This document shows positions 59,644-64,000 of a stretch of DNA of 64,000 nt, in pieces. The notes beneath the pieces are model-generated. The model was given only the letters and a program-made list of their open reading frames with translations. It searched no databases and was not told where the DNA came from. The DNA is from Dehalococcoidia bacterium (GTDB lineage Bacteria > Chloroflexota > Dehalococcoidia > SZUA-161 > SpSt-899). The stretch is taken from assembly GCA_034434815.1 (NCBI GenBank), contig DAOTYO010000059.1, positions 3,082-67,081 of the forward strand. Direction: 5' to 3'. Both the position numbers and the translations under genes were made by a program. The first letter of the stretch is position 1; every line of letters begins with the position of its first letter.

Positions 59644-60735
59644 ATGACCAAAAGAGCGATCAATTTCAATCCCGGTCCTGCGGCGGTTCCGCTGGAAGTG
59701 TTGAAGATCGTTCAAGAGGAACTGCTCGATTACCGCGGGACGGGGATTTCGATCCTTGAGAGCTCTCATCGGGCACCGGAGTATGAAGAGATCAATGATA
59801 CGACGATCGCCCTCGTGCGCGAGCTATTCGGATTGGGCGAGGAGTATCATGTGCTGTTCATGACGGGGGGGGCATCCACTCAATTCGCCCTCGTACCGAT
59901 GAATTTCCTCACTCCCGGCCAAGTGGGCGTATATGTAGATACCGGCGAGTGGCCCTCCAAGGCGATGAAGGAGTGCCAGATTTTCGGTGAGGCATATGTG
60001 GCTTTCTCCTCCAAATCCGAGGGATATCGGCGTGTCCCCCGAATGGACGAGATCAAGTACCCCCGGAATGCAGCGTACGTACACATTTGCTCGAACAATA
60101 CGATCGAGGGCACGCAGTTCCACGAGTTTCCGGATACCGGCGAGATCCCCCTTGTCTGTGATATGTCGTCGGATATCGCCTCGCGCCGCATCGACTTCAA
60201 GCGATTCGTCCTCTTCTATGCCGGGGCCCAGAAAAATCTAGGGCCCTCGGGAGTGACGTTGGTGGTGATCCGCGATGATCTTCTCGCCCGGTGCAAAAAG
60301 GGCCTTCCCACCATGTTCAACTATCAGACCTTTGCCAAGCACAAGTCCCTCTATAACACACCTCCTGTGTTCGGCGTCTATTTCATGAAGCTAGTGCTGG
60401 AGTGGATCAAACGCCAGGGTGGGCTGGCCGCCGTTGAGAAGGTCAATCGGGCCAAGAAAGATCTTTTGTACAGCACCATCGATGCGCATCCGGATTTCTT
60501 CCGGGGCACGGCCGAGAGGGAGAGCCGCAGCTGGATGAACGTGACGGTGCGTTTGCCTACCGAGGATCTGGAGAAGAAGTTTGTCAAGGAAGCCAAAGCT
60601 GCCGGCATCCTCGGCGTGAAGGGGCACCGTTCGGTGGGCGGGCTCCGCTTCTCGATCTACAATGCCGTCACGATCGAGGATGTGCAGAAGACGGTAGCGT
60701 TCATGGAGGATTTCCGCAAGGCCAACGAAAGATGA
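59644..60735 (+). CDS. serC: Phosphoserine aminotransferase
   Basis: NFNPGPA, SHR, GGASTQF, DMSSD, AGAQKN (PLP Lys), YNTPP, GHRSVGG. Confidence 0.96.
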   Translation: MTKRAINFNPGPAAVPLEVLKIVQEELLDYRGTGISILESSHRAPEYEEINDTTIALVRELFGLGEEYHVLFMTGGASTQFALVPMNFLTPGQVGVYVDTGEWPSKAMKECQIFGEAYVAFSSKSEGYRRVPRMDEIKYPRNAAYVHICSNNTIEGTQFHEFPDTGEIPLVCDMSSDIASRRIDFKRFVLFYAGAQKNLGPSGVTLVVIRDDLLARCKKGLPTMFNYQTFAKHKSLYNTPPVFGVYFMKLVLEWIKRQGGLAAVEKVNRAKKDLLYSTIDAHPDFFRGTAERESRSWMNVTVRLPTEDLEKKFVKEAKAAGILGVKGHRSVGGLRFSIYNAVTIEDVQKTVAFMEDFRKANER

Positions 60736-60787
60736 TTCGGATGCTTGTCCCTTTCGCGGCCCACACGTTTCTTTGAGGGTAGGAGAG

Positions 60788-62365
60788 ATGAAAGTACTGG
60801 TTGCGGACCCCATCGGCAAGGAAGGGATCGATCTACTCACCAAGCACGGGCTTCAGGTGGATATCAAAACCGGTCTGAAGCCGGAGGAACTCCTGAGCGT
60901 CATCCCCGATTATGAGGCTCTGCTCGTCCGGAGTGAGACCAAAGTGACGGCCCAAGTGCTCAACGCGGGCAAGAAGCTTTTGGTGGTGGGGCGTGCCGGG
61001 GTGGGAGTGGATAACATTGACCTGAACGCTGCCACGGAACGAGGGATCATCGTGGTCAATGCCCCCGAAAGCAACACGCTCTCGGCGGCGGAACATACTG
61101 TTGCCCTCATGCTGGCTTTGGCACGGAACATTCCTCAAGCTCATGCGGCGCTCAAGGCCGGCAAGTGGGACCGCAAGCGCTTCACGGGGGTTGAGGTCCG
61201 CAACAAAACGATCGGAATCATCGGGTTGGGGAAGGTGGGGACCGAGGTCGCCAAACGGTGCAAGGGGCTCGACATGCAAGTGATCGGCTATGATCCGATG
61301 GTTTCGCCCGAGCATGCCCGCAACCGGGGTGTCGAGATGGTCTCTCTGGATGAACTCTTGAGCCGGTCGGACTTCATTACTGTCCATGTGCCGCTCACTC
61401 CGGCGACGAGGGGGCTCATCGGTGAAGAGGCGCTTCGCAAGGTCAAGCCCTCCGTCCGAATTCTGAATGTAGCCCGCGGTGGGGTGATTGTCGAAGAAGC
61501 GCTCTTCAAGGCAATCGAGGAAGGGCGGGTAGCCGGCGCCGCGATCGATGTATTCTCCAAGGAGCCGGCTACAGATAATATCCTTCTCAAAAGCGAGAAA
61601 GTCGTGGTGACACCTCATCTAGGTGCCTCCACGATCGAGGCCCAGGCGGGGGTAGCGGTGGATGTGGCCGAGCAGGTGATCGAAGTATTGCAGGGGCTTC
61701 CCGCCAAATATTGTGTGAATATGCCGATGGTCCCGCGCGAAGCATTGCCGGTGCTTGCGCCGTATATTCGATTGGCTTCGCTGGCCGGGAGCCTCGTCTC
61801 TCAGATCGCTGAGGGGCAGTTGAGCACCATCACTGTGAGCTACGAAGGGGAGATCACCGAGTATCCCACGGATGCCCTCAAGGCGGCCGTTATCGGGGGA
61901 TTGCTCGAGTCCGCTACCGAGGAACGGGTGAACATCGTCAATGCGAATCTAGTGGCCCAGCGGCGGGGCCTCAAGATTATCGAGCAGAAGAGTGCAGAAT
62001 GTGAGAATTATACCAGCCTGATCACGGTGGAGGTTGCCACCAGCGAAGGGGTGACCACGGCGGCGGGGACCATTCTGCGGGGTCAGCCGCACATTGTGCG
62101 GGTCAACGAATACTGGCTCGATATCGTTCCGACCGGCTCCTTCTGGCTTTTCAGCGATCATATGGACCGGCCGGGGATCATTGCGGCGGTAGCCACGGTC
62201 ACCGGCGAGGCGGATATCAACATCAGCTACATGCATGTCGCCCGCCAGAAACCGCGGGGGCGGGCGCTCATGATCCTTGCTCTCGATGAACCACTTCAGA
62301 AAGAGCACATCGAGAAGATTCTGGCCATTCCGGATATCTACACCGCAAAGTCGGTGAAGCTGTAG
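60788..62365 (+). CDS. serA: D-3-phosphoglycerate dehydrogenase
   Basis: VRSETKV, RAGVGVDNID, GLGKVG, TPHLGAST, C-terminal ACT domain. Confidence 0.96.
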   Translation: MKVLVADPIGKEGIDLLTKHGLQVDIKTGLKPEELLSVIPDYEALLVRSETKVTAQVLNAGKKLLVVGRAGVGVDNIDLNAATERGIIVVNAPESNTLSAAEHTVALMLALARNIPQAHAALKAGKWDRKRFTGVEVRNKTIGIIGLGKVGTEVAKRCKGLDMQVIGYDPMVSPEHARNRGVEMVSLDELLSRSDFITVHVPLTPATRGLIGEEALRKVKPSVRILNVARGGVIVEEALFKAIEEGRVAGAAIDVFSKEPATDNILLKSEKVVVTPHLGASTIEAQAGVAVDVAEQVIEVLQGLPAKYCVNMPMVPREALPVLAPYIRLASLAGSLVSQIAEGQLSTITVSYEGEITEYPTDALKAAVIGGLLESATEERVNIVNANLVAQRRGLKIIEQKSAECENYTSLITVEVATSEGVTTAAGTILRGQPHIVRVNEYWLDIVPTGSFWLFSDHMDRPGIIAAVATVTGEADINISYMHVARQKPRGRALMILALDEPLQKEHIEKILAIPDIYTAKSVKL

Positions 62366-62407
62366 CACAAACACGTGATGGGCTGCCGTCCCGCCCGATG
62401 GGCAAAG

Positions 62408-62433
62408 AAAGGGCACCCGCGCGGGTGCCCTTT
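62408..62433. terminator. Probably bidirectional intrinsic terminator
   Basis: Perfect inverted repeat AAAGGGCACCCG-CG-CGGGTGCCCTTT between convergent genes. Confidence 0.75.
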
Positions 62434-62475
62434 CTCATTCCTCCGAGGTGCTCAGACCTTATGACAAGCCCGCCC

Positions 62476-63297
62476 CTAGGGCGCCTGATAGGCCACTAGT
62501 TCGAAGGTCTGCTCGCCTACGTATGTGACGCCGTCCACATACTTCACGGGGGTGAGGAACTGGCCATCCACGGACCACCATTCGGTGCTGGTCTTCTCAC
62601 CGGAGGTATGGACGACCTTGTAGCAACTGAATGTGCCCGCAGGCACCGTCACATCTTCGATCCCCACCACTTCGGCAGTGAACGCGTAGTCGAGATGGAC
62701 CCCTTGCTCGGGAGCATCCACGGGAGCAGTGTAGGTCCATTGCTTTCCTACCGTGAAGGGTGCTCCCGCCTCACCCGAGTAAGTGTAGCTTCGCGAGGCC
62801 GCGATGGTCATGTTCACGCTTTTGACGGTGAGGGTGAAATCTTCCTTCACCATGCTCTGATTGGTCTTGTTGCGGGTGACGGTCTGGCCCTCGACATCCA
62901 CCGGGAATGACATCCCCATCGGGGGGAAATAGAAATTGACCTTGGCCGCTCCCTCGATGGCGGCGGTGGCGATGTATGTATCTCCCTCGCCCTCGGTCAG
63001 GGTGAAGGTCCATCGCGTCGTGGCGGGTTCGAGCTTCGGGTCGTTCCCGTAGGTGACGTCATAGATCCATCCCGGGGCGGAGAGCTGGGGCAGTTCCGGG
63101 GTGGGGCTGGGTTCGGGGGTGGGAGACGGTTCGAGGGTGGGGGTAGGGGTGGTGGTCTCCGCGGTTGCGGTGGGTTTGGGCGTTGGGGTCGGCGTTTTCT
63201 CTTCGTCTTTATCGCCGCCACAGGCGATCAGCACGGTTCCTATGGCCAGCACGATCATCATACCGATGACCATCGATTTACTCAGGATTCTGCTCAC
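62476..63297 (-). CDS. Lipoprotein with Pro/Thr-rich linker and beta-rich domain
   Basis: RBS GGAGG, GTG 63297, lipobox LIA-C, (PT)n linker, VTVPAGTFSC motif. Confidence 0.75.
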   Translation of the reverse strand: MSRILSKSMVIGMMIVLAIGTVLIACGGDKDEEKTPTPTPKPTATAETTTPTPTLEPSPTPEPSPTPELPQLSAPGWIYDVTYGNDPKLEPATTRWTFTLTEGEGDTYIATAAIEGAAKVNFYFPPMGMSFPVDVEGQTVTRNKTNQSMVKEDFTLTVKSVNMTIAASRSYTYSGEAGAPFTVGKQWTYTAPVDAPEQGVHLDYAFTAEVVGIEDVTVPAGTFSCYKVVHTSGEKTSTEWWSVDGQFLTPVKYVDGVTYVGEQTFELVAYQAP

Positions 63298-63484
63298 AAT
63301 AAACCTCCGTGTTGAAAAAATGGCTTGATGGGTTACTGCACCGCTTACTCGACCGGCGGGCCTCTCTGAGACGTGTGGATCATCGGTCCCCCCTACCGGA
63401 AGTCGCTTTCTCAAGGGCCGGGAAACTCGGCGTTTTGCGGCATTTTACCACAAGTTAATGCCGATTGCCTATAGGGAAGAATGA

Positions 63485-63699
63485 CCCAAAGGGAGCGATT
63501 CCACTTTGAAGCCTTCACTCTCGGGTGAATGAGCTTGATCACCTCGCTGCGGACCTTGTCCCCGAATTCCCCCACACCCCATGAACGATCCGGCTTTTCC
63601 GATCCCACCCACCCGCCCAAAGGGTTTTCTTGGGGGACACCCCCAATCCCCCGGCTTAGGAGGCGTCTTGGCCTTCTCTTCTTCGATCGCTCTTTTGGG
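63485..63699 (+). mobile_element. MITE copy G
   Basis: TIRs CCCAAAGGGAGCGATT / GATCGCTCTTTTGGG; perfect TSD AATGA at 63480-63484 and 63700-63704. Confidence 0.9.
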
Positions 63700-63714
63700 A
63701 ATGAAGACCTCACG

Positions 63715-64000
63715 CTATTTGGGCGGCATGCGGATGGCCCCGTCCAAACGGATGGTCTCGCCGTTCAGAAATGGGTTCTCGACGATTTGCTGAACGAGCA
63801 TGGCGAACTCGTCCGGCTTGCCGAATCGCTTCGGGAAGGGCGTTTGTTCGATGAGCTGTTCCCTCGCTTGCGGTGACATAAAGCCTGTGAGGGGTGTATC
63901 GAAGGTGCCCGGAGCGATCGTACAACATCGGATGCCGGAGCGGGCCATATCCCGGGCAATGACCAGCGTCATGCCCACCACGCCCGCCTTGGACGCGGCG
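63715..64000 (-). CDS. SDR, 3-hydroxyacyl-CoA dehydrogenase type II-like, 3' part (runs off window)
   Basis: [48 protein letters not shown]. Confidence 0.9.
   Translation of the reverse strand, partial: AASKAGVVGMTLVIARDMARSGIRCCTIAPGTFDTPLTGFMSPQAREQLIEQTPFPKRFGKPDEFAMLVQQIVENPFLNGETIRLDGAIRMPPK

Noticed and set aside
63100-63200. GGGGT-rich low-complexity tract as a tandem repeat or G4 array
   Set aside because: It is explained by the Pro/Thr linker codons of the lipoprotein.

Overview
GC-rich bacterial chromosomal window. The gene repertoire suggests Chloroflexota, possibly Dehalococcoidia-like (inference). It is mostly housekeeping and anaerobic acyl-CoA/redox metabolism: partial gatB, thrS, 4 tRNAs, pyrB/pyrR, hisF/hisH, two clpP, tig, a Cbi/Nik ECF transporter, xerC-topA-dprA, a nitrogen locus (FMN glutamate-synthase-like gene, three NrpR regulators, glnA, glnK, amtB), an acyl-CoA mutase with acyl-CoA dehydrogenase, hisS and serC-serA. 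The most interesting signals are not in the ORF track. (1) A ~200-217 bp MITE family occurs in 8 copies, with ~16-bp terminal inverted repeats, 5-bp target duplications and a conserved G-quadruplex motif. (2) A decayed integron abuts the 3' end of tRNA-Ala: dead intI tail, attI-like site, one frameshifted cassette and an intact attC. (3) An AT-richer two-gene island lies between MITE-related direct repeats and carries a metalloprotease gene with two in-frame stops. (4) Three adjacent NrpR paralogs occur together with GlnR-like 11-bp periodic boxes upstream of amtB. (5) The B12 mutase has isobutyryl-CoA-type active-site residues. Product names come from motif recognition only; no database searches were run.
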